From NCBI GenBank assembly GCA_963664015.2, contig CAXXLF010000002.1, positions 1,984,001 through 2,048,000 of the forward strand: DNA of 64,000 bases, written 5' to 3'. Below the pieces are notes generated by a model. That model saw nothing but the letters and a program-made list of their open reading frames with translations, made no database searches and was not told the origin of the DNA. Below, in pieces: positions 45,462 through 55,559 of the stretch. The translations under genes and the position numbers were made by a program. The DNA is from Candidatus Binatia bacterium. Lineage in GTDB: Bacteria > Desulfobacterota > Binatia > UBA9968 > CAXXLF01. Positions within the stretch are counted from its first letter, which is position 1. Each line of letters begins with the position of its first letter.

Positions 45462-48098
45462 TCATGGGGTCTGCCGGATAATCTCCTCCGCCTTTTTCAG
45501 GGCATCGTGGACTTTGGACGGATCCTTTCCTCCGGCCTGGGCGAAGTCGGGACGCCCGCCGCCACCGCCACCGACTACAGCGGCCAATTGCTTGATGATT
45601 TCCCCCGCGTGAAACCGATGGGTCAGCTCTTTACTCACAGAGGAAACCAGTTGAACGTTGTTCTCTCCAGGACTGAGTAGAATCACAACGCTGGCCCCCA
45701 TCTGGTCTTTTAGCTGGTCAGCCACCTCCCTGAGCTGCTTGGCATCGACCTTTTCGACCTCTGCAATGAGGACAGAGGTGCCGTCGATGATTTTCTTTCT
45801 TGCCAGCAGGTCGGGGATCCGGTCCTTACCCAATTGACCGCGCAGCCGCGCCATCTCTTTTTCGAGACTCCTTTGCTGTTCGACCAACTTTTTTGTTTTG
45901 TCGACGGTTTCGTCGGTGCTTGACCGGAGGAGTTCGGCGATTTGTTGTAGCATCGACTCATATCGGTGAATGAGATCCAGCGCCCCTTCTCCGGTAAAGG
46001 CGTCAATTCGTCGCACGCCGGCGGAGACACCGCTCTCGCCGTGGAGTTTAAATAATCCGATCTCTCCTGAGCGGTGGATGTGGGTCCCGCCGCAGAGCTC
46101 TTCGGAGAAGTCCCCCATTCTGACCACGCGTACACGATCCCCGTACTTATCGCCAAAAAACGCCAGGGCTCCCCGGCCGATGGCATCTTCGTAGCTGGAC
46201 TCTTCCGTGCGCACCTCGGCGTCCCAGCGAATTCGTTCGTTGACCATCTTTTCAATCTTTACCAGCTTGTCCGGTGGAACGACACCATTGTGGCTAAAAT
46301 CGAAGCGGAGTCGATCCGGTTCTACCAGCGACCCCGCTTGACGTACTTGATCGCCGAGCTCACGGCGCAGCATGGCGTGAAGGATATGAGTTGCCGAGTG
46401 ATTCAGGGTGGTGCGCTGACGGTGCCTGGGGTCCACCCCGAGTTCGATTGTGTCTCCGACCTGAATCCGCCCCCTGGTGACCTTCCCTCTATGCACGATG
46501 ATCTGAGGTGTCAGGTGCTGGGTGTCCAGGACCGTCATCTGATCCCCCCGGGTGGTCTTAATGCTACCCCGATCACCGACCTGTCCTCCGGATTCCCCGT
46601 AAAAGGTCGTCTCTGCGGCGATGAGATCAACGGTTGTGCCTTCCCCGGCCTCATCCATTCCTTGTCCCTCACGATAGAGTGCCAAGACTTTGGATTCTAG
46701 GTCCAGCCGGTCATAACCGACGAAGCGGGTCTCTTGATCGAGCTGGATGCTTGCCGTACTCGTCGGAGTCTCCCTTGCCTCCCGCCCCCGGCTCTTCTGT
46801 TCCCCCATGAGTTTTTTGAATCCGGCGTGATCGACCGACACTTTTCGGCCGCGCAAGATGTCCTCGGTGAGATCGAGGGGGAACCCGTAGGTGTCGTAGA
46901 GACGAAAAGCGACGTCACCGGGCAGGACTTTTTTCTTCTCCTGTCGGATCTTCTTGAGGGCATCTTCCAGGTGGACCAACCCCTTGTCCAGGGTCTCGGT
47001 GAAACGTTCCTCTTCGCTGAGGATTACGGCCCGGATGCGGTTTTGCTCACCGGGGATCTCAGGGTAGGCTTCTCCCATGATCCCGGAGACCGTCCCGGTT
47101 AGGCGATGGAGAAAGGCATCCTTAAGCCCGAGGAGCCTGCCATGACGGCTCGCCCGGCGAAGCAACCGCCGCAATACATAGCCTCGACCATCGTTGCTGG
47201 GAAGCACTCCGTCGGCAATTAAAAAACTAATGGCACGAGCGTGATCGGCAATCACGCGGAAGGATACATCTTCCTCCGTCTTGCGACCGTAATTTTTACC
47301 CGCTATTTCTTCCGTTGCGCCGATCAGGTTTCGCAGTAGGTCGACATCGTAGTTGGAGAGGACGCCCTGAAGGACGGCAGCGATTCGCTCCAGTCCCATG
47401 CCCGTGTCCACATGTCTGGCTGGGAGGTCCGACAGGCTCCGGTCCTCGCTCCTGTTGTTCTGGATGAAGACCAGGTTCCATAGCTCGATGTAGCGGGCGC
47501 AACCGCCGTTCACCCGACAGCGATGGCCCTTCTCCTTTTGGTGGTCACAGGCCTCGGGCCCCCGATCGATATGGATTTCGCTGCAGGGGCCGCAAGGACC
47601 GGTCTCCCCCATTTCCCAGAAATTGTCGTCCTCATCGAAACGCAGTACACGGGATTTGGGAAGTCCAGTGATCTTATACCAGAGTTTTTCCGCCTCATCA
47701 TCGTCTCGAAATACGGTTGCCCACAGCTTATCTTTGGGAAGTTTCCACTCATCGGTGAGGAGTTCCCAGGCCCAAAGGATCGCGTCTTCCTTATAGTAGT
47801 CGCCGAAGGACCAATTTCCCAACATTTCAAAAAAGGTATGGTGGTAGGTGTCCTGGCCAACAGCCTCCAAGTCGTTGTGTTTGCCGCTGATGCGCAGGCA
47901 TTTCTGGGCGCTGGCGGCCCGCACGTAGGGGAGTCGCTCAGCGCCGAGGAAGACGTTTTTGAACTGGACCATCCCCGCATTGGTGAAAAGCAACGTGGGG
48001 TCTTTTTCCGGAACCAGGGAAGAGCTTCTGACGACCGTATGGCCGCGCTTTTCAAAGTGGCTGAGAAAGCTCGTTCGTATTTCTTTACTGCTGATCAT
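45462..48098 (-). CDS. alaS: Alanine--tRNA ligase
   Basis: LLFTNAGMVQFK, HHTFFEMLGN, DTGMGLER, NHSATH, ELCGGTH, GGGGG.PDFAQAGG. Confidence 0.99.
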   Translation of the reverse strand: MISSKEIRTSFLSHFEKRGHTVVRSSSLVPEKDPTLLFTNAGMVQFKNVFLGAERLPYVRAASAQKCLRISGKHNDLEAVGQDTYHHTFFEMLGNWSFGDYYKEDAILWAWELLTDEWKLPKDKLWATVFRDDDEAEKLWYKITGLPKSRVLRFDEDDNFWEMGETGPCGPCSEIHIDRGPEACDHQKEKGHRCRVNGGCARYIELWNLVFIQNNRSEDRSLSDLPARHVDTGMGLERIAAVLQGVLSNYDVDLLRNLIGATEEIAGKNYGRKTEEDVSFRVIADHARAISFLIADGVLPSNDGRGYVLRRLLRRASRHGRLLGLKDAFLHRLTGTVSGIMGEAYPEIPGEQNRIRAVILSEEERFTETLDKGLVHLEDALKKIRQEKKKVLPGDVAFRLYDTYGFPLDLTEDILRGRKVSVDHAGFKKLMGEQKSRGREARETPTSTASIQLDQETRFVGYDRLDLESKVLALYREGQGMDEAGEGTTVDLIAAETTFYGESGGQVGDRGSIKTTRGDQMTVLDTQHLTPQIIVHRGKVTRGRIQVGDTIELGVDPRHRQRTTLNHSATHILHAMLRRELGDQVRQAGSLVEPDRLRFDFSHNGVVPPDKLVKIEKMVNERIRWDAEVRTEESSYEDAIGRGALAFFGDKYGDRVRVVRMGDFSEELCGGTHIHRSGEIGLFKLHGESGVSAGVRRIDAFTGEGALDLIHRYESMLQQIAELLRSSTDETVDKTKKLVEQQRSLEKEMARLRGQLGKDRIPDLLARKKIIDGTSVLIAEVEKVDAKQLREVADQLKDQMGASVVILLSPGENNVQLVSSVSKELTHRFHAGEIIKQLAAVVGGGGGGRPDFAQAGGKDPSKVHDALKKAEEIIRQTP

Positions 48099-48156
48099 CG
48101 AGCCATTTTCATAGTACCAAAGTGCAGGGGGTCAATAAATTCCCTTAAGACTTATT

Positions 48157-48627
48157 TCACTCATCATCGGGAGTAGTTTGCAACACCTCGGCAATCACCG
48201 AGTCCCGGTAACCACGGCGCTGCAAAAGACCTACTGCCCGGCGGCGAACCTGGGGATCTCGAAGGTCTTTATTTCCGAATCGTTTTTCTAAAAACACCTG
48301 CGCCCGTTTCTTGCCCTGCTTGGGGCCAATGGCCTCGCCGACGATCCGATCAATCAGGGATTGGGAAACCCCCTTGGTGCGCAATTCCTTTTCAACTCGC
48401 AATGGACCAAAGCCCTGCCTCTCGACTCTTGTCAGGGCCCAGGCACGGGCAAACTGCTCGTCGTTTAGCAGGTTGAGGGTAAGGAGACGTTCTAGAGTGG
48501 TCTCGACGGTCCTTTGGGGAAACCCTAATTGGGCGAGCTTGACTCGGACTTCTTGCTCGCTCCGGGCACGGAACCCTAGAAATTTTAGGGCACGCTGCAG
48601 TGCTTCCTCTGGAGTCCCACCGCTCAT
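48157..48627 (-). CDS. recX: Regulatory protein RecX
   Basis: [28 protein letters not shown]; follows recA. Confidence 0.9.
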   Translation of the reverse strand: MSGGTPEEALQRALKFLGFRARSEQEVRVKLAQLGFPQRTVETTLERLLTLNLLNDEQFARAWALTRVERQGFGPLRVEKELRTKGVSQSLIDRIVGEAIGPKQGKKRAQVFLEKRFGNKDLRDPQVRRRAVGLLQRRGYRDSVIAEVLQTTPDDE

Positions 48628-49670
48628 TTCCCTTTGGGCTTTTCCTTTTTCTCCTGAGCCTGCGGTTCCACGGGGGCCCGTTTGAGCCCCACCTTTTCCA
48701 TGATACGGTCGGACACCTCTCTCATTGTCTCCGGGTGTTGCCTCAGGAATTCCTTTGCGCTCTCGCGTCCCTGTCCAATCCTCTCGTTGTTGAAGGAGTA
48801 CCAGGCGCCGCTCTTTTCCACGATCTCGTGGGAGGCCCCCAGATCCACGATTTCGCCTTCCCGTGAAATACCGGTACCGTAAAGGATGTCGAATTCGGCC
48901 TCCTTGAAGGGAGGGGCGAGTTTGTTCTTAACGACTTTAACGCGAGTCCGTCCGCCCACGATTGAGTCCCCATCCTTAATCGCGCCAATACGCCGGATAT
49001 CGAATCGCTGGGATGCGTAAAATTTGAGGGCATTGCCTCCGGTGGTCGTCTCCGGATTTCCGAACATGACTCCAATCTTCATCCGGATTTGGTTGATAAA
49101 AACCACCACCGCGTGGGAACGTGCAATCGTGCCCGTGAGTTTCCGCAGCGCTTGAGACATGAGGCGGGCCTGAAGACCCATGTGGGAATCCCCCATCTCG
49201 CCTTCGATCTCCGCCCTGGGGACCAGGGCCGCGACCGAGTCGATGACCAGAACGTCGATGGCTCCGCTGCGAACCAGGGTATCGGCGATCTCCAGGGCCT
49301 GCTCCCCATGATCGGGCTGAGAAATCAGCAGTTCATCGGGATTGACTCCTAGTTTCTTCGCATAGGCGAGGTCCATGGCGTGCTCCGCGTCGATGTAGGC
49401 CCCCATGCCGCCCTGTTTCTGGGCCTCGGCAACAATGTGCAGGGCCAGGGTCGTTTTCCCCGAGGATTCAGGTCCGTAAATCTCGACGACCCTACCCCTG
49501 GGGACACCCCCGATTCCGACAGCCATATCGAGACCGATGGATCCGGTCGAGATGACGGCAATGTCGTTGATCACCCCCCCCTCACCGAGTTTCATGATGG
49601 CGCCTTTGCCGAACTGTTTCTCAATTTGACTGACCGCCAGGTCGATGGCCTTTGTGCGTTCGAGGTCCAT
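48624..49670 (-). CDS. recA: Recombinase RecA
   Basis: [34 protein letters not shown]. Confidence 0.99.
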   Translation of the reverse strand: MDLERTKAIDLAVSQIEKQFGKGAIMKLGEGGVINDIAVISTGSIGLDMAVGIGGVPRGRVVEIYGPESSGKTTLALHIVAEAQKQGGMGAYIDAEHAMDLAYAKKLGVNPDELLISQPDHGEQALEIADTLVRSGAIDVLVIDSVAALVPRAEIEGEMGDSHMGLQARLMSQALRKLTGTIARSHAVVVFINQIRMKIGVMFGNPETTTGGNALKFYASQRFDIRRIGAIKDGDSIVGGRTRVKVVKNKLAPPFKEAEFDILYGTGISREGEIVDLGASHEIVEKSGAWYSFNNERIGQGRESAKEFLRQHPETMREVSDRIMEKVGLKRAPVEPQAQEKKEKPKGK

Positions 49671-49755
49671 GGGTTATCTCCTTAAATATATGAATTTTCA
49701 CGTTTGACTAGAAAGATTTTACAGTAATGAAACCATGCCCATTTTGCTGATTGGG

Positions 49756-50370
49756 TTATCTCCAGCTTTTGTCGGTTTCCCGTTTTTCGTTTGTTTCTAC
49801 CGGCTCCCCGTTCGTTTTCAATGGGACGGTCCCAAGGGTGGAGTAGACCGGACCGCTTGGTTGAAGAACGCTTTGAAAAAGAACCACCTCTTCCACACGG
49901 GATTGCCCGAATTCGAAGTCCGCCCATCGATCCATCTCTTGCTTGATCTGTTCTGCGGTGGTGGCCGAGTGGCGCCACCTTCCGATGGTCAGGTGAGGCT
50001 CGAAGGTCCGCATCTGAGGAGCAAATCCTATCGGTTCAAGGGAACGTTCCACTTGCCGCGCGAGCCCGGGTAGCTCTTCACCCTGCAATCCAATCCATAG
50101 GACCCTTGCCTTCTTCAAGTTTGGAAATACGCCCAACCCTAGGCCTTGCATAGAGAAGGTTCGCACATGGTGTAAGGCCCTTTCAAGAGTTTGGACGATG
50201 GGACCGGCTTTTTCCTCCTCTACGGAACCGAGAAATTTGAGGGTGAAGTGAAGGGTTTCCTTTTCGACCCATCGAATACCCGAAAGGCTTTGCTTCAGGT
50301 GGGATTGGACCTCGGCGATTTTCTGGGTCATGGCTGGATCAATGGGGACTCCAATAAAAGCGCGAATCAC
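49756..50370 (-). CDS. thpR: RNA 2',3'-cyclic phosphodiesterase (2H family)
   Basis: LHFTLKFLG and PHLTIGR 2H motifs; cinA-thpR-recA synteny. Confidence 0.92.
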   Translation of the reverse strand: MIRAFIGVPIDPAMTQKIAEVQSHLKQSLSGIRWVEKETLHFTLKFLGSVEEEKAGPIVQTLERALHHVRTFSMQGLGLGVFPNLKKARVLWIGLQGEELPGLARQVERSLEPIGFAPQMRTFEPHLTIGRWRHSATTAEQIKQEMDRWADFEFGQSRVEEVVLFQSVLQPSGPVYSTLGTVPLKTNGEPVETNEKRETDKSWR

Positions 50371-50373
50371 GGT

Positions 50374-50440
50374 TTACCCCGTGGAATAGCTCCTCGACCG
50401 AGACTGAAACCTTCGGATCATGATATTAATCCACCGTGAA
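50374..50440. repeat. Second copy of the ~67-bp CCCCGTGGAATA TIR element
   Basis: TTACCCCGTGGAATA left end matches the arm at 29784-29798; degenerate right end ATATTAATCCACCGTGAA. Confidence 0.6.
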
Positions 50441-50450
50441 CGGATCTCGA

Positions 50451-51155
50451 CTAGAGCAGGGCTTCCCTGAGCCAGAGGAGGGCCGTCTGAGAGGCGCGTC
50501 TAATGATAGTCTCTCGGTCTCCATCGAAGTGAAAACAGCGAGCCTGGCATCCGCCCCCGCGGGCCATGGCCATCCAGACCGTTCCCACCGGTCTAGCGGT
50601 GCTTCCACCCGTGGGCCCCGCGATTCCAGTCGTGCTGAGTGTGATACTGGCCCCGACCTGCTCTTTGATCCCCTGGGCCATCTCGAGAGCCGTCTCCCGG
50701 CTCACCGCCCCATGCTGTTCCAGTGTGGATTTTTGGACCCCCAGGAAAATTTGCTTAGCAGCGTCCGAATACGTAATAGCGGAGGTGATAAAATAGTCGG
50801 AACTCCCCGGCACGCGGGTGACCCGATGACTGAGATACCCGCCGGTGCATGACTCCGCCAGTGCGAGAGTCCACTTTCGTTTCCGCAACAGCTGCCCGAC
50901 GATCTCCTCCAGGGTCTCATCTCCCTCGGTATAAATGTAGTGCTTAAGAAGTTTCCCGATACGAGCCTTCATCTCCTGGAAGCCAGGAGTGTCCCGCTTG
51001 CTTTCCCGGAGCGTTAAATGCAGGGAGAGATCGAACTCGTGGGCTTGAACAGCAATCTCTCCACCTTCAGGAAGATGAATCGGCTTCAATATGTCATCTA
51101 GCTCGGACTCCGTCAAGCCGGAGAGTTTGAAGGTCGTGGTGTCCTTTGGTCCCAT
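50451..51155 (-). CDS. cinA: CinA lacking its N-terminal domain; nicotinamide-mononucleotide deamidase (PncC) domain intact
   Basis: AESCTGG, PGSSDYF, HGAVS.ETA..MA, TGIAGP.GG, PVGTV; begins in the middle domain (FKLSGLTES.LD). Confidence 0.82.
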   Translation of the reverse strand: MGPKDTTTFKLSGLTESELDDILKPIHLPEGGEIAVQAHEFDLSLHLTLRESKRDTPGFQEMKARIGKLLKHYIYTEGDETLEEIVGQLLRKRKWTLALAESCTGGYLSHRVTRVPGSSDYFITSAITYSDAAKQIFLGVQKSTLEQHGAVSRETALEMAQGIKEQVGASITLSTTGIAGPTGGSTARPVGTVWMAMARGGGCQARCFHFDGDRETIIRRASQTALLWLREALL

Positions 51156-51403
51156 TTCTTACCTGTTCTTACCTGAGAGACGTTACAAAATACTATCTCT
51201 CGCGTCGTGATCCCGCCATCATAGCGAAAAAGTCCCTATCGATGAAAGTTGCTGTCCTGTCCACCTCTGGCATTTGTGCAAGGCCGCCTTCACGTGGTGA
51301 TTCGGGCGAAGTCGGAGAGTGAAATAGGACGCAACAGGCAAAAAGGCCTGTTAAAGGGTTAAAGATTAAGGGGTGCGTTCTAACGCCAGGGGGAGTATTT
51401 GGG

Positions 51404-52717
51404 TCAGTTAGGATTTCTCGACGGGCTGCCGGAGACGAGCTGGGTCAGAACGAGCTGCTTGGCGTTTTCGAAGACCTCCCGTAGCGGCGGCTTTATACTG
51501 TCCTCGCGGGGGAGTTGTATCTTCAGGGGATTGACGTAACGTTGATTCTTGTGCATCTCGAAATGCAGATGGGATCCGGTGCACCTGCCTGAACACCCCA
51601 CGTAACCTATGATTTGACCCTTCTTGACTCGTTTGCCCCTGCGTAGTCCAGGTGCGTAACCGTTTAGATGGGCATAACGGCTCGTGTATATAGAAGTATG
51701 CTGAATCTGGATAAAGCGTCCGTATCCGCCGCGTTTCCACCCGGCATAAACCACCTTGCCGTCACCAATTGCCCTGACCGGCGTTTTACGTGGGGCAACG
51801 AAATCCACCCCGCGATGGGCCCGGCGCACCTTCAAGATGGGATGCAAGCGCCGGTGAGAGTAGGTGGAGCTTATACGACTGAACTCGACCGGAAAACGCA
51901 AGAAGGTACGGGTTAGGGACTTTCCTTCGAGGTCGTAATAGTCACCCTTGCCGTCTCCCCCCTCAAAGTAAAAGGCAAAGTGCTTCTCGTTGCCCATTGT
52001 CAACTCGGTGGCCAGGATGCGAAAGAGTTTCTTCTTCTTCCCTTCGGTCCGATACCTTCTTTCGAACAACACCCTGAAGGAATCTCCGGATCTGATATCG
52101 GTCTGAAAGTTTACATCCCAGCCATAGATGTCGGCAAACTGTGAGACGATCTTGGGAGACAGTCCCAACCGCGTACCGCTCTCATAGAGCGAATCCGTGA
52201 TGGGTCCCCCGATGGCCTGGGTCTCGATTTCATAGGGCCGTTCGTCTTTTTTGAAGCTGATCTCGAGCTCGCCCAGCACCCAGGTCAACCACCAGTCGTC
52301 GTCCTGTTCCACCCTTAGGGCCTTGAGCTGCTTTTTAACGTTGTCCTCCTGTTGAACGGGTTCTTTGTCATCGAGATAGAAATAGATTCCCCTACCGGGG
52401 CGGAGTCTTTTAGGAGAAAAATGCTTTCGAATGGAGCGTACCCATAGTATCTTTTCCTGGCCGGTCAAGCCGAAGGGTTTGAACAGTTTACCCAGCGTGT
52501 CACCAGGCCTTATTCGGTGGGTGATGCGTTCCAAGCCCAAGAGCGGGTCGCTGTTTTTTTCTTCAGCGGTCTTTTCCCCGTTTGCTCCCGTAACCTCATT
52601 GGCGACCGTTATAGGAGAGGTCACGTTTAAGGATTGGATCGGAGCGGGAAGCCAGAGGAGATGCTGGAGAAAGAAGAGAGCGAATCCCGAGATGCCGTTC
52701 AATACCATCATATACAA
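51404..52717 (-). CDS. M23 family peptidoglycan DD-endopeptidase (MepM-like, LysM/OapA-type N-terminus)
   Basis: HRGVDF, YAHL, GSHLHFE; PGDTL; D.R.GD.F. Confidence 0.92.
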   Translation of the reverse strand: MYMMVLNGISGFALFFLQHLLWLPAPIQSLNVTSPITVANEVTGANGEKTAEEKNSDPLLGLERITHRIRPGDTLGKLFKPFGLTGQEKILWVRSIRKHFSPKRLRPGRGIYFYLDDKEPVQQEDNVKKQLKALRVEQDDDWWLTWVLGELEISFKKDERPYEIETQAIGGPITDSLYESGTRLGLSPKIVSQFADIYGWDVNFQTDIRSGDSFRVLFERRYRTEGKKKKLFRILATELTMGNEKHFAFYFEGGDGKGDYYDLEGKSLTRTFLRFPVEFSRISSTYSHRRLHPILKVRRAHRGVDFVAPRKTPVRAIGDGKVVYAGWKRGGYGRFIQIQHTSIYTSRYAHLNGYAPGLRRGKRVKKGQIIGYVGCSGRCTGSHLHFEMHKNQRYVNPLKIQLPREDSIKPPLREVFENAKQLVLTQLVSGSPSRNPN

Positions 52718-52920
52718 GATTCATATCTTAACTTCTCAGCCCTAAAATGTCTATAAAAAATCCGGATCAAGGTCTGAAGGTTGCTGAAGTCACTGCAGAG
52801 TCAGTGGATTTTGGCGTGACTTTAAATTCATCAAGTCCCGCTGGTCATGTGGGGTTGCCCCTTCGTCCATCGTCTCAACGGATCGGCCAGGTTCTCGCGT
52901 GTGCTCGTTAGCTCGGGGTC

Positions 52921-54072
52921 TCAGCGGTTTGCTTTTCGGTAGCCCAATGCGTCCTGGGCAATGATGAGTTTCTGGATGGCCGACGATCCCTCAACTATCT
53001 GGTAAGACTTGGCGTCTCTGAGATATCGTTCGACGGGGTATTCGGTCGAGTAGCCATAGGCGCCAAGGATCCTGAGGGCGGCGTCCGCGGCGTGGGCTGC
53101 CGCCTCGGCTGCGGCGTACTTGGCCATTGAGACCTCGAGATTATTGGACCTCTTCTGATCCGCCAAAGTGGCCGCTCGGTAAACCAGCATCCGGGCGGCT
53201 TCTTCGTCGATGACCATCTGGGCAATCATATCCTGCGTCATCTGAAACTGGCCGATCTTCTGACCGAACTGCTCCCTCTGGTTGGCATAACTCACGGCCG
53301 CCTCCCGGGCGGCCCGTGCGACGCCCAGGGCGCCGGCGGCGCAGTTGAGTCGTGTCTGGTTGAGCTGCGCCATGCATATCTTAAATCCTTCTCCCTCCTG
53401 GCCGAGGCGATGATCCTCGGGCACCGAAAACCCGTCAAAGGTGAGTTCCCCCGTTGGTGAGGCGTGGGCGCCGAGCTTTTCCAGTGTCCTACGGGTCACA
53501 TTCCCTTGTCCGAGGTCGACGATAAAGGCAGAAATACCACGGTGCTTTTTGGATTTGTCCGTATAGGCATAAACCAAGGCTAGATCCGCAATCGGGGCAT
53601 TGGAAATCCATGTCTTGGTTCCGCTCAGTTTGTATTGTTTCCCCTTCTTCGATGCGGTGGTGGTCATAGCGGCCACGTCGGATCCGGCGTTGGGCTCGGT
53701 AATAGCAAAGCAGCCCAGGGTCTCGCCCTGGACAAGCGAAGGTATCCATCGTCTTTTTTGCTCCTCAGACCCGAACTGGAGCAGGGCGAGGGCGGGGCCG
53801 ATCTGCATATTGATGTGGACCCGCACGGCGCTATGGACGCGGGCAATCTCTTCCGTGATGAGCACCAGCGCCATGAAGCCAAGCTCACTGCCACCGTACT
53901 TTTCCGGGATCACGCAGCCGAAAAAGCCCAGTTCCCCCATCTGGGTGACCAGTTCTCTGCGAAACCGGTGCTCCCGGTCATCCTGGGCCGTATGAGGCGC
54001 AATCTCTTTTTCGGCAAAATCGCAGGCTAGTTTCTTTACCTCTAGCTGGTCATCGGACAGGTCGAAATCCAT
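52921..54072 (-). CDS. Acyl-CoA dehydrogenase, closest in motifs to non-decarboxylating glutaryl-CoA dehydrogenase
   Basis: RV..NM, YAYTDK, LEKLG.HASPTGEL, FQM.QDMIAQM, GAYGYSTEYPV, VEGS, RKANR C-terminus as recalled for the Desulfococcus multivorans enzyme. Confidence 0.78.
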   Translation of the reverse strand: MDFDLSDDQLEVKKLACDFAEKEIAPHTAQDDREHRFRRELVTQMGELGFFGCVIPEKYGGSELGFMALVLITEEIARVHSAVRVHINMQIGPALALLQFGSEEQKRRWIPSLVQGETLGCFAITEPNAGSDVAAMTTTASKKGKQYKLSGTKTWISNAPIADLALVYAYTDKSKKHRGISAFIVDLGQGNVTRRTLEKLGAHASPTGELTFDGFSVPEDHRLGQEGEGFKICMAQLNQTRLNCAAGALGVARAAREAAVSYANQREQFGQKIGQFQMTQDMIAQMVIDEEAARMLVYRAATLADQKRSNNLEVSMAKYAAAEAAAHAADAALRILGAYGYSTEYPVERYLRDAKSYQIVEGSSAIQKLIIAQDALGYRKANR

Positions 54073-54084
54073 GGAATCCTCCAA

Positions 54085-54217
54085 TGTTAGCGAATAGGTA
54101 ATGGCAAATAGCAAATAGTTGATCGAATTCGCACCCCACCCAGTATGAGATTTATTTGTTGTTTAATTTTTGAAGCGGGGGAGTGTCCTATTCGCCAATT
54201 GCTATTCACTATTTGCT
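54085..54217. repeat. Inverted heptamer arrays (GCRAATA / TATTYGC)
   Basis: GCGAATAGGTAATGGCAAATAGCAAATAG ... CTATTCGCCAATTGCTATTCACTATTTGCT. Confidence 0.6.
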
Positions 54218-55357
54218 CTTTCCCAAAAGCGTTCTCGCGATGATGATCTTTTGAATCTCTGAGGTCCCTTCATAGATTCGCAAGGCGCGCACATCACGAT
54301 AGAGCTGCTCTACGGGGGTCCCTGACACCAGGCCTCTACCGCCGTGGATCTGCAGCGCCTGGTCGACGATTCTCTGTGCAGCCTCAGTGGCAAAGAGCTT
54401 GGCCATAGAGGCCCGCTGGGTAATATCCCCTTCCCCCTGGTCCTTACTCCAGGCGGCCCAATTGACAATCAGGCGTGATGCTTCCAGCTCGGTAACCATG
54501 TCAGCGAGTTTGAATTGTATCCCCTGGAATCGGGACAGAGACTGGCCAAACTGGCGCCGACTTAAACTGAAGCGGATCGCTTCCTCCATGGCCCTTTGGG
54601 CCAGTCCTACGGCCGCGGCACCCACGGTGCATCGGAGAGTGTTCAGCGTAGTGAGAGCGATCCTGAAGCCTTCCCCTTCGCCCGCAAGCAGCTGTTTCTC
54701 TGAAACCCTGCAGTCCTCAAGGGCAATGGTTCCGATGGGGTGGGGAGATATCAAGGAGAGACGCTCCTTGAAGACGAGGCCCGGGGTATCGGCTTCGACC
54801 ACGAAGACGCTGATCTGTTTTTTTCTGTTCCTCGGAGCAGTCACGGCAAAAATCACATAGGTCTGGGCCAGACCCGCATTCGAGACCAGATGCTTGACGC
54901 CGTTTAGAATGTATTCCTTGCCGCGCCGTACGGCCCGGGTGGCTATGGATGAAATGTCCGATCCAGCCTCGGGCTCCGTGAGTGCAAAGGCCGCGATGGA
55001 CTTGCCCTGAGCCAGGGGGGGAATGTAGAGGTTCTTCTGCTGTTTGTTACCCGAAAAAATAATAGGGTAGCTTCCCAGGGCCTGAACGGCGAACATGACA
55101 TCGGCCAGGGAAGAGCCCCGTGCCAACTCCTCACGCAGGATGCAAAGATCACGGGCCTGAACGGTGTCCCGAACTCCGCCGTATGCCTTGGGAGCTATAT
55201 AGGCAAGGAGTCCGGCGTGACCCAGTTGCTCGACCAATGCCCGCGCTTCGTCTTCCAGGGCAAGTTTCTTGGGACTGCCCGAAAGTAGGTTCTCCTCTAC
55301 CCAGGCGCGGGCTTCAGCCCGGAGTTGGAGGTGGCTTGCTTCGAAAAAGGGATCCAT
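54209..55357 (-). CDS. Acyl-CoA dehydrogenase (AliB/anthraniloyl-CoA cluster type)
   Basis: FALTEPEAGSD, SPHPIG, AKLFATEAAQ, YRDVRALRIYEGTSEIQ. Confidence 0.9.
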   Translation of the reverse strand: MDPFFEASHLQLRAEARAWVEENLLSGSPKKLALEDEARALVEQLGHAGLLAYIAPKAYGGVRDTVQARDLCILREELARGSSLADVMFAVQALGSYPIIFSGNKQQKNLYIPPLAQGKSIAAFALTEPEAGSDISSIATRAVRRGKEYILNGVKHLVSNAGLAQTYVIFAVTAPRNRKKQISVFVVEADTPGLVFKERLSLISPHPIGTIALEDCRVSEKQLLAGEGEGFRIALTTLNTLRCTVGAAAVGLAQRAMEEAIRFSLSRRQFGQSLSRFQGIQFKLADMVTELEASRLIVNWAAWSKDQGEGDITQRASMAKLFATEAAQRIVDQALQIHGGRGLVSGTPVEQLYRDVRALRIYEGTSEIQKIIIARTLLGKSK

Positions 55358-55419
55358 AATGTTGATCTGGCGGATTAATTGCTAATCAAAAAAGTTTAAA
55401 AACCTTCCGTACAATCTCG

Positions 55420-55515
55420 TATTGGATTACGATTTTTGGATTTGAGTATTTCCGTTTGTTTGAGATTCCGAGCTTTGGAATTCGGATTTTAATTTGGAGG
55501 CGTCTTGTCGCGAAA
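55420..55515. repeat. Degenerate heptamer array (GGATTTN/CGGATTT) plus 9-mer arm
   Basis: TTTGGATTTGAG...TTTGAGATTCCGAGCTTTGGAATTCGGATTT...GGCGTCTTGTCGCGAAA. Confidence 0.45.
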
Positions 55516-55559
55516 ACTTTTGTTGAAATCGTATGGTTAAACATTTTATCGGTAAAAAT

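Noticed and set aside
49680-49740. LexA box upstream of recA shared with dinB
   Set aside because: No convincing common palindrome found in both upstream regions by eye
51242-51322. Small ORF MKVAVLSTSG... as a gene remnant
   Set aside because: Only a generic seven-residue resemblance to enzyme N-termini and no clear RBS
52775-52860. Riboswitch upstream of the M23 peptidase
   Set aside because: Alternative hairpins (AAGTCAC/GTGACTT, CACTG/CAGTG) exist but no c-di-GMP or c-di-AMP consensus could be matched
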